Below, in pieces: positions 37,855 to 47,129 of a DNA stretch of 64,000 nt. The DNA is taken from positions 41 to 64,040 of the forward strand of contig JAILEX010000073.1 of the NCBI GenBank assembly GCA_024687185.1, in the 5' to 3' direction. The stretch is from Bacilli bacterium (lineage in GTDB: Bacteria; Bacillota_I; Bacilli_A; RFN20; CAG-826). The position numbers and the translations under genes were made by a program. A model generated the notes under the pieces. The model was not told where the DNA came from. It did no database searches and saw only the letters and a list, made by a program, of their open reading frames with translations. Numbering within the stretch: the stretch's first letter is position 1; every line of letters begins with the position of its first letter.

Positions 37855-39711
37855 ATGAAATGCAATCGATCATTACTTAGGCTCGCACCCCTTGTCCTAT
37901 CCGGGGCATTGCTCGCTTCTTGCGGCAACATCTCCGCGAAAAACGCCCCGACTAACGATGATGGTGGCGGCAACACGACCGTAAACGTCTCCGATGCCGA
38001 ATCGATTACGATTGAGGAGGCAAGCGACGATATAAGCGAAAGCTTCTCCATCCAGGGCAACGATACCTCGACCCAAGAAGACGGTTCTTCCGCTTCCTCT
38101 AACGTCGAGAATAGCGATTCCAATATCATCCGTATCACCGAATACGGCACCTATACCTTGTCGGGACAGCTAAACGGGCAGATCTACATCGAATGCGAGG
38201 AAAACGAGAACGAAGACGACGTTGTCGAACTCGATTTGAATGGGCTCTCCCTTAGCTATGGGCAGAATTCGCCGATCTATATGATCTCTGGCAACGAACT
38301 AAAGATTAAGGCGTTAAAGGGAACCGATAATTTCATCTACGATACCCGTAGCGCCTATACCGCTGACGTAGAAGGCCAAGGAAAGGGCGCGATCTATTCC
38401 AAAGCCGATACAAAATTCGTAGGCACGGGGTCGCTAACCATAGTCGGAAACTACTATAACGGTGTCCATTGCACCAAAGACGTCAAGATCAAAAACCAGA
38501 CCCTTACCGTCAAGGCGAATAACCATGGTATCAAAGGCGAGGACTCCATCAAAATGGAGACCGGAAACGTGAACGTCATTGCCTATAATGGCGATGGTCT
38601 GCATAGCGAAAACACCGATTTGTCGAGTTCCAATAAGCAGCGGGGCAACATCGAAATCTATGGCGGCACCCTTAAGGTCCTCTCTTCCGGGGATGCCCTA
38701 GATGCGGCCTATGACCTAATCGTAAGCGATGGCACCGATGACGATGGCAATGCGACTTCCCCCGTTATCTATGCCTACACCAGCAAATACGCCAATGCAC
38801 AAAATAGCGACGTATCCGCTTCCTATTCGACTTCCACCTATAGCGACACCACTACCTATAACCGTCCAGGTGGCGGAGGCACGGGCGGAAATACCGGTGG
38901 CCCAGGAGGCGGCGGCATGGGCGGAGGCGGCATGGGCGGAGGCGGCATGGGCGGAGGTTCCTCCTCCCAAAAAGCCGATGAATCCGCGAAGGGTTATAAA
39001 GCCGCGAACACCATCACCATCAGCGGTGGCACTTCCACCCTATATACCTATGACGATGGCCTCCATGCCAATTATGGCGATACCTTCGAATCCGGCGGAA
39101 AAGGGGTAGGCGACATCAATATCAGCGGTGGCAAACTCACCATCAACGCAAGCGACGATGGCGTCCACGCAGACTCTAACCTCAATATCTCCGGCGGCAC
39201 GGTCAAAGTCGAGAGCTCCTATGAAGGGCTAGAAGGCAATTTGATCAACATCAGCGGTGGCGAATCCGTCGTCTATGCTAGCGACGACGCGGTAAACGCG
39301 GCTAACTGCGGCCCCAATAAGACCCCTGCCATCAAGGTCACCGGCGGATATCTGACCGCCTGCGTACCTTCTAATGGCGATGTCGATGGCATCGATAGCA
39401 ACGGCACCTATACCCAAATCGGCGGCGTCGTGGTCGTCTGTGGGCCAAGCAGTGAGATGGCCGCGGCCATGGATTGCGATGGCACGGCCTCGGTAAGTGG
39501 CGGTACCTTAGCGGTATTTGGCTATGCCAGGGTTAGCTCGAAAAGTGTCACCACTAGCAGCAAATCCGGTTCCTATAGCGGTGGCAGCGCCTATAAACTC
39601 ACCTTCGCCAATGGCAACGTGACCACAGGCACCTTGCTTAGCGGCTATACCTATAGCGGCTGCACCACCTATAGCAACCTTGGCACGCTTTCTTCCGTTA
39701 GCAAAGCCTAA
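37855..39711 (+). CDS. Cthe_2159-family (beta-helix, carbohydrate-binding-type) lipoprotein with a Gly/Met-rich linker
   Basis: 618 aa. Lipobox ALLASCGN and RBS AAAGGAGGA. Repeated beta-helix rungs typical of the family: ITEYGTYTLSGQLNGQIYIE, GSLTIVGNYYNGVHCTKDVKI, SAKGYKAANTITISGG, SYEGLEGNLINISGGESVVYASDDAVNAA. Internal linker GGGGMGGGGMGGGGMGGG. Confidence 0.8.
   Translation: MKCNRSLLRLAPLVLSGALLASCGNISAKNAPTNDDGGGNTTVNVSDAESITIEEASDDISESFSIQGNDTSTQEDGSSASSNVENSDSNIIRITEYGTYTLSGQLNGQIYIECEENENEDDVVELDLNGLSLSYGQNSPIYMISGNELKIKALKGTDNFIYDTRSAYTADVEGQGKGAIYSKADTKFVGTGSLTIVGNYYNGVHCTKDVKIKNQTLTVKANNHGIKGEDSIKMETGNVNVIAYNGDGLHSENTDLSSSNKQRGNIEIYGGTLKVLSSGDALDAAYDLIVSDGTDDDGNATSPVIYAYTSKYANAQNSDVSASYSTSTYSDTTTYNRPGGGGTGGNTGGPGGGGMGGGGMGGGGMGGGSSSQKADESAKGYKAANTITISGGTSTLYTYDDGLHANYGDTFESGGKGVGDINISGGKLTINASDDGVHADSNLNISGGTVKVESSYEGLEGNLINISGGESVVYASDDAVNAANCGPNKTPAIKVTGGYLTACVPSNGDVDGIDSNGTYTQIGGVVVVCGPSSEMAAAMDCDGTASVSGGTLAVFGYARVSSKSVTTSSKSGSYSGGSAYKLTFANGNVTTGTLLSGYTYSGCTTYSNLGTLSSVSKA
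38911..38955 (+). repeat. Perfect 15-bp tandem repeat x3 (coding, GGMGG units)
   Basis: GGCGGCATGGGCGGA is repeated three times head-to-tail, in frame within the lipoprotein gene. Confidence 0.9.
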
Positions 39712-39728
39712 GAAATCTAAATCCTTTG

Positions 39729-39764
39729 GAAGGCTCGCCTTAAGGCGGGTCTTCTTTTTTGTTT
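39729..39764 (+). terminator. Terminator separating the lipoprotein gene from the TIR-like/Nudix gene
   Basis: 11-bp stem GAAGGCUCGCC/GGCGGGUCUUC (with G-U pairs), UUAA loop, then TTTTTTGTTT. Confidence 0.7.
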
Positions 39765-39805
39765 CTTAGCGACTACAATATTCCCAAAGGGAAAGGGGTA
39801 AAACC

Positions 39806-41572
39806 ATGATTGAAGAGAAAATCGAGAATTACGATATCGATACCTTTATTTGCTATCGAAACGATCACCGTGTCTGCGCAGCAACCCTAAAAGAGGCGAT
39901 GAAAATCGATAAGATGCGCTATTATGGCAGGGTTTGGTATTCCAATTCCGAAGGCGGAGGAAACTATATCGATGGCATCGACCCCCTTTTGAAATCCGCG
40001 GAAAACGTCGTCTTGGTTTTGGCAAAAGGATTTACCGACCACTTTATCAAAGACGGCGAGGTCAACGACAACGACAATAAAATCGACGTGACCGCGACCA
40101 TTAAGGAACTACAGAAAATCGAGGAACTCCGCGAAGAGAATAACATCAAGATCTATGCGGTCAACGTCGATGGCTACTTTTTTGACGAAGAGGCGATGGA
40201 TGTGCTTATTAGGGCCATCATGCATTCCCCCAACGTCAAATCAAGCGAAGAGGAAATCCGTAAGGCCTGGGCCTTCCAGGGCAGAAACCCCTTGAAGCAA
40301 GAATATACCGTCTCCGATAAGAAGATGCTTATGTTCATGGAGGAAGAAGGACTCGCCTCCGCCTTGACCTTAAAATACATTAAGCCCAAGGAGGAGATAA
40401 CCTTCCTCGACCAAAATGACTACGACAAGGCGTTCTATCAGCTTGCAAAGGAAAAGAACAACCTGACCAACATCGCCTATTTCGGCTATGCCGGGGCGGT
40501 ATTTCTTCGCGAACTATTCGGTTCCACCTTTGGATACCGCGATAGGCAAAACGAGGAATATAAGGACATCAGAATACGTATATTGCTCCGCGATCCTATC
40601 ATTGAGGCGGAAGAAGAGAGGATGCAGGAGGTCAAAAAGGGCAGACGCCCAAGGAGAAAGAGCGCCGATATCCTAAAGACCTATCAGGAGATTAGGGAAA
40701 AAAGCGGGACCATCAGGCTCGATTGCCGTTTCTATTCCCATACCCCATATCTAAAGGGCGCGATATTCTGCGACAAAAACTGGGAACCCAGGGTCGGTTT
40801 GATCAATTTCGAATCCGCCTATGGCAAAGACTATATCAAAAAGGGCGGTTCCCCCTTTAAGGGCATCGATAGCGACATGATCTATTTCAATGGGGATTTA
40901 GAATATAACACCTCGACCATCAAGGCATTGAAAACGCTGATGACCCAGTTCGAATTCGACTGGAAAATGGGCAAAGCCCTCATCGATGAGGATGAGGTCT
41001 GCTCTCCATTATCCTTAGAATTAGAGGATCCCTATTACGATAGGGTTGATAGGGAAGCTTTGGGTTTAGGAGACCGTCCCGTCCGTCATTGTGTTAGGGG
41101 AATTATCGTCAACGAAAATGGCGAGATCGCCTTGCATCACTGCCATAGGGACGATAAATACGGCGACTTCGAATACTATGAACTCCCAGGTGGCGGATAT
41201 GCCGATAGCGAAGGAAGGGAGGACGAACTCCCCTTCGATGGATTAAAAAGAGAATGTGAGGAGGAATGCGGATTTAAGATCAAGCGCCTTGCCTATCTTG
41301 GGGAAGTCAAAGACGAATATAACCTCGCCGATAGGTTCAATTACCACTATGTCTTCTTGTGTAAACTTATTGGAGAGACAAAGAAGCATTTCGAGAGTGA
41401 GGGCGATAACTATATCCTCGACACCGATTTCTATCCTTTCCATACCGCGATAAAGATGCTTAAAAAACAACATCAAGACGGTTTTGCAGGGCTTGTTAGG
41501 CAAAGGGAACTGCCCTTCCTCGAACTTGCGGAAGAAGTATACGAAAATTTCTTCGAAGAGGAAGAAAATTGA
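39806..41572 (+). CDS. Three-part fusion protein: TIR-like N-terminal domain, uncharacterised middle domain, C-terminal Nudix hydrolase
   Basis: 588 aa with RBS AAAGGGGT.
- N-terminus has a TIR-like strand/helix pattern: DTFICYRNDH...AATLKEAM...VWYS...AENVVLVLAKGF...TIKELQKIEE.
- C-terminus has a Nudix fold start (VRGIIVNENGEIAL) and a Nudix box ending LKRECEEECGF, which matches R-E-U-x-E-E-x-G-U. The upstream Glu is at the canonical 7-residue spacing, with about 4 extra residues in the Gly-proximal half.
- The middle region (~aa 200-400; IRIRILLRDP, RFYSHTPYLKGAIF) is unassigned. Confidence 0.7.
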   Translation: MIEEKIENYDIDTFICYRNDHRVCAATLKEAMKIDKMRYYGRVWYSNSEGGGNYIDGIDPLLKSAENVVLVLAKGFTDHFIKDGEVNDNDNKIDVTATIKELQKIEELREENNIKIYAVNVDGYFFDEEAMDVLIRAIMHSPNVKSSEEEIRKAWAFQGRNPLKQEYTVSDKKMLMFMEEEGLASALTLKYIKPKEEITFLDQNDYDKAFYQLAKEKNNLTNIAYFGYAGAVFLRELFGSTFGYRDRQNEEYKDIRIRILLRDPIIEAEEERMQEVKKGRRPRRKSADILKTYQEIREKSGTIRLDCRFYSHTPYLKGAIFCDKNWEPRVGLINFESAYGKDYIKKGGSPFKGIDSDMIYFNGDLEYNTSTIKALKTLMTQFEFDWKMGKALIDEDEVCSPLSLELEDPYYDRVDREALGLGDRPVRHCVRGIIVNENGEIALHHCHRDDKYGDFEYYELPGGGYADSEGREDELPFDGLKRECEEECGFKIKRLAYLGEVKDEYNLADRFNYHYVFLCKLIGETKKHFESEGDNYILDTDFYPFHTAIKMLKKQHQDGFAGLVRQRELPFLELAEEVYENFFEEEEN

Positions 41573-41601
41573 GGTTTTGCAGGCTTATTGACCTATAAAA
41601 C

Positions 41602-41639
41602 CTAAGATAATTCGTTTTATTTGAACGCATTTTTAAAGG
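41602..41639 (+). repeat. Weaker third copy (R) related to the central part of repeat M
   Basis: CTAAGATAATTCGTTTTATTTGAACGCATTTTTAAAGG shares, in order, GATAA, TTCGTTT, AACGCATTT and AGG with 37777-37802. It lies between the TIR-like/Nudix stop and the cysK start. The region is AT-rich, so chance similarity is not excluded. Confidence 0.35.
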
Positions 41640-41651
41640 AGAAACAAGATT

Positions 41652-42572
41652 ATGAAGATATATAACGACATCACCGAAATGGTGGGTCATACCCCCTTGT
41701 TAAGGCTAAGGGGCATCGAACGTTATTTTAAGGTAGAAGGCGAGATCTACGCCAAGGTAGAAAAGGGCAATCCGACCGGTTCGGTAAAGGATAGGGCGGC
41801 CTTGCAAATGATCCTAGACGCCGAAAAAGAGGGTAGGATCAAAGAAGGTTCCACCATCATCGAACCCACTTCCGGCAACACGGGAATCGGCTTGGCGGCC
41901 ATCGCGGCCGCTAGGGGCTATAAGGCCATTATCGTCATGCCCGATTCCATGTCCAGGGAAAGAAGGAACGCCATCTCTTTTTATGGCGCGGAAATCGTTT
42001 TGACCCCCGGCGCCCAGGGTATGAAGGGAGCCATTGCCAAAGCCGAGGAATTACATAAGGAAATTGCTGGTAGTATAATCGTGGGCCAATTTGTCAATCC
42101 AAGTAACGTGAAGGCCCATTATCAAACTACCGGTCCAGAGATTTATGATGACCTAGACGGCAAACTCGATTATTTCGTCGCGGGCATCGGCACGGGTGGC
42201 ACCATTACCGGCGTAGGCAAATACCTAAAGGAAAAGGATAAGGGCATCAAAATCGTCGGGGTCGAACCCGCCTCCTCGCCTTTATTGACCAAAGGAAGCG
42301 CCGGCCCGCATAAGATCCAAGGCATTGGCGCCAACTTCGTTCCGAAGATTCTTGATACGGCTTTATTGGATGAAATCGAAGACATAGGGGACGAGGATGC
42401 CTTACAATTATCGAGGTTATTGGCTAAAACCGATGGGTTGGCCGTCGGTATTTCTAGCGGAGCGGCATTATCCGCCGCCGTTAAGCTTAGCAAAGCCAAT
42501 CCGGGCAAAAGGGTGGTCGTCCTCCTTCCAGATGGGGTTGACCGCTATTACTCGACCGAATTATTCAACTAA
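41652..42572 (+). CDS. cysK: Cysteine synthase A (O-acetylserine sulfhydrylase)
   Basis: 306 aa. PLP-lysine context NPTGSVKDRAAL, SGNTGIGLA and GIGTGGTITG. Confidence 0.9.
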   Translation: MKIYNDITEMVGHTPLLRLRGIERYFKVEGEIYAKVEKGNPTGSVKDRAALQMILDAEKEGRIKEGSTIIEPTSGNTGIGLAAIAAARGYKAIIVMPDSMSRERRNAISFYGAEIVLTPGAQGMKGAIAKAEELHKEIAGSIIVGQFVNPSNVKAHYQTTGPEIYDDLDGKLDYFVAGIGTGGTITGVGKYLKEKDKGIKIVGVEPASSPLLTKGSAGPHKIQGIGANFVPKILDTALLDEIEDIGDEDALQLSRLLAKTDGLAVGISSGAALSAAVKLSKANPGKRVVVLLPDGVDRYYSTELFN

Positions 42573-42583
42573 GGAGCAAGACC

Positions 42584-43423
42584 ATGAAAGGAATAAGAAT
42601 CCTATCCGCCCAAGATGTCTCTTGCTATGGCCAATGTTCGTTGACCGTGGCGCTTCCGATACTTTCCGCTTTGGGGGTGGAAACCGCGATTTTACCGACC
42701 GCGATCCTCTCCACCCATACCGCCGGATTCACCGGCTTTACCTTCCATGACCTCCAAGAGGAACTCCCCAAAATCAAGGCCCATTGGGAAAAGGAAGGCA
42801 TCCGCTTCGATGCCGTCTACACGGGCTATTTGGGCAGCAAAAAAGACGTTGATATCGTTATTGATATCGCTACTTCCCCGTTAAATAAAGGACCCCTAAT
42901 CGTCGATCCCGCATTCGGGGACCATGGCAAACTCTATGGTGGCTTCGATTTGGATTACGTTAACGAGATGAAGCTACTTTGCGCCAAATCCGACGTCTTG
43001 CTTCCCAATCTTACCGAGGCCGCGTTCCTATTGGACCGTCCCTTTAACCCCGAGCCTAGCGAAGGGGAAATCGAGGAAATATTAGATGGCTTAACCAAAC
43101 TGGGCGCCAAATCCATCGTATTGAAGGGTATCGGCTCTAGACCCGTCGATACCGGGGTCATCGTGAAAAACGGGTCCCTCATCCAAGCCTATTCCCATCA
43201 TAAGATCCCCCAGGATTTCCATGGGACGGGCGATATCTTCGCCTCCGTCTTCGTCGGGGCCAGGCTTAGGGGGCTAAGCGATATCGCCTCCGCCCAACTC
43301 GCCGCCGATTTCGTCAGCAGGGCCATCACCAATACGTTGGACGACCCCAAACACTTCTATGGCGTGAAGTTCGAACCGCTTTTGGTGGACCTCGCGGAAG
43401 AAGTCAGGGAATTGACCGAATAG
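42584..43423 (+). CDS. pdxK: Pyridoxal/pyridoxamine kinase
   Basis: 279 aa. N-terminus ILSAQDVSCYGQCSLTVALPILSALG, YTGYLGS, and C-terminal GTGDIFASVF (ribokinase-fold anion hole). Ends with TAG. Confidence 0.8.
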   Translation: MKGIRILSAQDVSCYGQCSLTVALPILSALGVETAILPTAILSTHTAGFTGFTFHDLQEELPKIKAHWEKEGIRFDAVYTGYLGSKKDVDIVIDIATSPLNKGPLIVDPAFGDHGKLYGGFDLDYVNEMKLLCAKSDVLLPNLTEAAFLLDRPFNPEPSEGEIEEILDGLTKLGAKSIVLKGIGSRPVDTGVIVKNGSLIQAYSHHKIPQDFHGTGDIFASVFVGARLRGLSDIASAQLAADFVSRAITNTLDDPKHFYGVKFEPLLVDLAEEVRELTE

Positions 43424-43516
43424 AACCTCTCCTTTTTAAAGGAGCGTATTTCATCTTTTTGAAACAAAGGTATAATCCCTTTGCGAGTTTTTTAATCTCG
43501 GCCGAGGTAAATAGAT

Positions 43517-45928
43517 ATGAGTTACGACTTCAAGACCATCGAAAAGAAGTGGAGACGCTACTACGAGGAACATAACACCTTCCATTGCGACGTCCACGAT
43601 TTCAGCAAACCCAAATATTATGCGTTGGATATGTTCCCCTATCCTTCCGGGCAGGGGCTCCATGTCGGCCATCCAGAAGGCTATACCGCCACCGACATCG
43701 TCTCCAGGATGAAGAGGATGCAGGGCTACAACGTCCTCCACCCGATGGGTTGGGACGCCTTTGGCTTGCCCGCGGAGCAATTCGCGATCGCCAATAATTC
43801 CCATCCTGAGGAATTCACCAGGAAGAACATCGCCAAATTCAAGGATCAAATCCAATCCCTAGGGCTGAGCTATGACTGGTCCAAGGAATTCGCGACCATC
43901 GACGAGGGTTACTACAAGTGGACCCAATGGATATTCTTACAGCTTTTCAAACACGATCTTGCCTATGTCGCCGACATCCCCGTCAACTATTGCCCCGACC
44001 TCGGCACCGTTTTGGCCAACGAAGAGGTGATCGATGGCAAATCCGAACGCGGTGGCTATCCCGTTATCCGCATGCCCATGAGGCAATGGGTTTTGAAAAT
44101 CACCGAATACGCCGATAAATTGGACCAAGACCTAGAGCTTTTGGATTGGCCTAAATCCACCTTGGAGATGCAGCGCAACTGGATTGGCAGAAGCGAAGGC
44201 GTCGAAATCGAATTCAAATTCGCGGGCAGCGAGGAATCCTTCCGCGTCTTCACCACCCGCGTCGATACCCTGTTTGGCTGCACCTATTGTTGCCTAGCCC
44301 CCGAGCATCCTCTTGTCAAGAAACTAGTTAGCAAAGCCCAGGAAAAGGAAGTCCTCGCCTATGTCGAGGCCACCGCGAGGAAGAGCGAACTCTCCCGTAC
44401 CATGGGCGAAGATAAGGAAAAGACCGGCGTTTATTTGGGCATCGATGCCATTAACCCGATAAATGGGAAGAAGATTCCCGTCTATGTCGCCGACTACGTC
44501 TTAGGCTCCTATGGAACCGGTGCCGTCATGGCTGTTCCCGCCCACGACGAAAGGGACTATGAATTCGCCAAGGTGCATAACCTCGAAATGATTCAGGTCT
44601 TAGAGGGCGATATCTCCGAAAGCGCGATGATTGAGGATGGCAAGCACATCAATAGCGAATTCGCCGACGGTTTGGATATCGCGGGCGCCAAAGCGGCCAT
44701 CACCAAGAAACTAGAGGAACTAGGCGCTGGCAAACGCGTCATTAACTACAAACTCCGCGACTGGATCTTCTCCCGTCAGCGTTATTGGGGCGAGCCTATC
44801 CCGGTCGTCACCCTGGACGATGGCACCGAATTCCCCGTCCCCGAGGACCAGCTCCCCGTCTCCCTTCCCGAGATGGAGAACTATCAGCCTTCGCGCAACG
44901 GCAAACCCCCGCTTTCCCTTGCCCCAAGTGCATGGCTAGACTATGAAACCCCGGATGGAAGGAAGGGGAAAAGGGAAACCAACACCATGCCCCAATGGGC
45001 TGGCAGCTCCTGGTACTATATCCGCTATATCGATCCCAACAACAACGATGAGATCGCCGAAAAGAAGCTCATGGACCATTGGCTCCCCGTCGACTTATAT
45101 GTCGGTGGCGCCGAACACGCCGTCTTGCATTTGCTCTATGCGAGGTTCTGGCATAAGTTCCTTTACGATATCGGCGTAGTTTCCTGCAAGGAACCCTTCA
45201 AGAAGGTCTTCCACCAAGGAATGATCTTAGGCGCCAACGGCGAAAAGATGAGCAAGAGCAGGGGCAACGTCGTCAATCCCGACGATATCATCAACTCCAG
45301 CGGCGCGGACTCCTTAAGGCTATTTGAGATGTTCGCGGGCCCGCTTGAATCCGAAAAGCCCTGGTCCACCACCGGCATCGATGGCGCCTATCGCTTCATC
45401 GCCCGCGTCTTCCGCCTAGTGGACGAGCCCGAATTCAAGGAAAGGCATAGCGAGAACAATAGCGGCGAACTCGATTATTCCTATAACTTCCTCGTAAAGA
45501 AAGTCACCGGCGACTTCGAATCGCTTAACTTCAATACCGCCATCTCCGCGATGATGGTCTTCATCAACGATTGCTACAAAGCCAAGACCATCTACCGTCC
45601 CTATTTGGAGGGATTCGTGAAGATGTTTAGCTGCGTCTGCCCCTTCGCTGGCGAAGAGATGTGGGAAAAACTCGGCCACAAGGACTGCATCGACTATGAA
45701 GCCTGGCCGACCTATGATGAATCCAAACTCAAGAAAGAGACCATCCAAATGGCGGTCTCGGTCAACGGCAAAACCCGCGACGTCATGGAATTCCCCACCG
45801 ACATCGACCAAGAAGGCGCCGTCAAGGCGGCGATGGACAATCCCCGCATCCAGCTCTTCCTCGAAGGGAAGACCGTGCGCAAAGTCATCTTCGTCAAGGG
45901 AAGGATCCTCAATATCGTCGTAGGATAA
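43517..45928 (+). CDS. leuS: Leucyl-tRNA synthetase
   Basis: 803 aa. HIGH-type motif [21 protein letters not shown] motif and a CP1 editing-domain region. No T-box-sized leader. Confidence 0.95.
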   Translation: MSYDFKTIEKKWRRYYEEHNTFHCDVHDFSKPKYYALDMFPYPSGQGLHVGHPEGYTATDIVSRMKRMQGYNVLHPMGWDAFGLPAEQFAIANNSHPEEFTRKNIAKFKDQIQSLGLSYDWSKEFATIDEGYYKWTQWIFLQLFKHDLAYVADIPVNYCPDLGTVLANEEVIDGKSERGGYPVIRMPMRQWVLKITEYADKLDQDLELLDWPKSTLEMQRNWIGRSEGVEIEFKFAGSEESFRVFTTRVDTLFGCTYCCLAPEHPLVKKLVSKAQEKEVLAYVEATARKSELSRTMGEDKEKTGVYLGIDAINPINGKKIPVYVADYVLGSYGTGAVMAVPAHDERDYEFAKVHNLEMIQVLEGDISESAMIEDGKHINSEFADGLDIAGAKAAITKKLEELGAGKRVINYKLRDWIFSRQRYWGEPIPVVTLDDGTEFPVPEDQLPVSLPEMENYQPSRNGKPPLSLAPSAWLDYETPDGRKGKRETNTMPQWAGSSWYYIRYIDPNNNDEIAEKKLMDHWLPVDLYVGGAEHAVLHLLYARFWHKFLYDIGVVSCKEPFKKVFHQGMILGANGEKMSKSRGNVVNPDDIINSSGADSLRLFEMFAGPLESEKPWSTTGIDGAYRFIARVFRLVDEPEFKERHSENNSGELDYSYNFLVKKVTGDFESLNFNTAISAMMVFINDCYKAKTIYRPYLEGFVKMFSCVCPFAGEEMWEKLGHKDCIDYEAWPTYDESKLKKETIQMAVSVNGKTRDVMEFPTDIDQEGAVKAAMDNPRIQLFLEGKTVRKVIFVKGRILNIVVG

Positions 45929-45938
45929 AAGGGAATCT

Positions 45939-47129
45939 ATGGTCCAACTCGCGCTTTATGGCGAAAATACGCTTCTAGGCAAGATGCTTGTATCGCTCCT
46001 TAGGAAGGAGGGGTATGAGCTTTCGATTTTGACTGATGAGTTCGACCAAAAGGCGATCGAGGAGAGCAAGATGGTCCTCTTCCTCCTCCCTAGGAAACTA
46101 GATGAGGACAAGAAGATCCACGAGGAGGTTTTGGACTTCGTTTTGAAAACCCTCTCGGGGCTTAGGAAAAGGATCCCCGTCCTCTACGTCTCCTTCGAGG
46201 GGAAGAAGTACGAAAGCCTCAACAGGATGATCGAATCCTATGAGAAACCCTGTTTCATCCATTACCTCCATACCCTCATCGAAGACAAGACGATGCTGCC
46301 CAACTATTCCTATTTCGAAGACCTCATCATGAGCTTCATCAATGGGTATGAAAACGAAAAAGAGGACACCCATACATTCGAATTCGAAAACGATATCGCC
46401 GAAAGGATATTGAACGAAGTCGTCTCCTACTTCGAATATCCCCGCCTGCCAAAGAAAGCCCAGATCATCGACTTGGGCGGCAGCATCACCTATTCGGAGA
46501 GGGAGATCTTCGATAAGCTATCTAATTTCAAAGGCATCATCGAGGACAAGGAAAAGAGGATGCCCCTACTTGGCAACTATTTCGATTCGGTTTTGTTTTG
46601 CTCCTATTTGCTTCTGGCTAGCGACATCGAGGAACCCGTCTACGATTACCAATATAAGGGCTTTTACGTTAGGGAATTATTCAAATACCAGGATATCGGC
46701 ACCTATCTTCTATTGATCGGCGACCCTTATGAGACCTTCTCCAGGGTCAATAGCAAAGACGTAACCGCCAAATACCTCACGGTTTTCGGTAACGTCTCCT
46801 ATTCCAAGAGGAAGAAAAACCGCAAAGACTTCAAGGTCGAGGTGCTCAATAGCGCCAATCCCCAATTCTATGAAGTGCCCCCTTCCTATTCCGTCGCCAT
46901 CACCCCAATGAAGGGGAAGGCCGTCGTTTTGTGTTACTTCGATAAGGTCCTTTCGCCAAGTTCGGACGAATTCATCTCCGCGGGAATCGGGGAAGGACGC
47001 GATACCTTCTATAACGAACTTTATTCCCCCGAGCAGCAAAATCCCTATAAGGCCATCAACAAGATGGTGAAGCTACAAAAGGAAACCTATGGGGATGAAA
47101 GCGGCAGAAAGGATGGCAAGCCAAAATGA
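45939..47129 (+). CDS. Hypothetical protein (degenerate Rossmann-like N-terminus), translationally coupled to ugd
   Basis: 396-aa ORF with coding-like composition. The N-terminus LALYGENTLLGKMLVSLLRKEGYEL resembles an NAD(P)-binding epimerase start, but the Gly motif is degenerate. The stop overlaps the ugd start (ATGA). Confidence 0.5.
   Translation: MVQLALYGENTLLGKMLVSLLRKEGYELSILTDEFDQKAIEESKMVLFLLPRKLDEDKKIHEEVLDFVLKTLSGLRKRIPVLYVSFEGKKYESLNRMIESYEKPCFIHYLHTLIEDKTMLPNYSYFEDLIMSFINGYENEKEDTHTFEFENDIAERILNEVVSYFEYPRLPKKAQIIDLGGSITYSEREIFDKLSNFKGIIEDKEKRMPLLGNYFDSVLFCSYLLLASDIEEPVYDYQYKGFYVRELFKYQDIGTYLLLIGDPYETFSRVNSKDVTAKYLTVFGNVSYSKRKKNRKDFKVEVLNSANPQFYEVPPSYSVAITPMKGKAVVLCYFDKVLSPSSDEFISAGIGEGRDTFYNELYSPEQQNPYKAINKMVKLQKETYGDESGRKDGKPK

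Larger units (their letters stand above)
36528..41639 (+). mobile_element. Putative integrase-associated genomic islet (integrase + Cthe_2159-type lipoprotein + TIR-like/Nudix gene) between ruvX and cysK
   Basis: A tyrosine integrase lies at the left end. Related short direct repeats occur at 36528, 37764 and, more weakly, 41602. The cargo genes are non-housekeeping and are flanked by core genes. The boundaries are inferred, not proven. Confidence 0.4.

Noticed and set aside
38880-38960. Possible CRISPR-like or regulatory repeat array
   Set aside because: The only perfect tandem repeat in the window is a 15-bp in-frame coding repeat. No repeat-spacer architecture or cas genes are present anywhere in the 64 kb.
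43424-43516. T-box leaders upstream of leuS (and of tyrS, 56048-56166)
   Set aside because: The spacers are only ~90-120 nt and are largely occupied by the preceding gene's terminator. No specifier-loop or T-box (AGGGUGGNACCGCG-like) sequence is visible.
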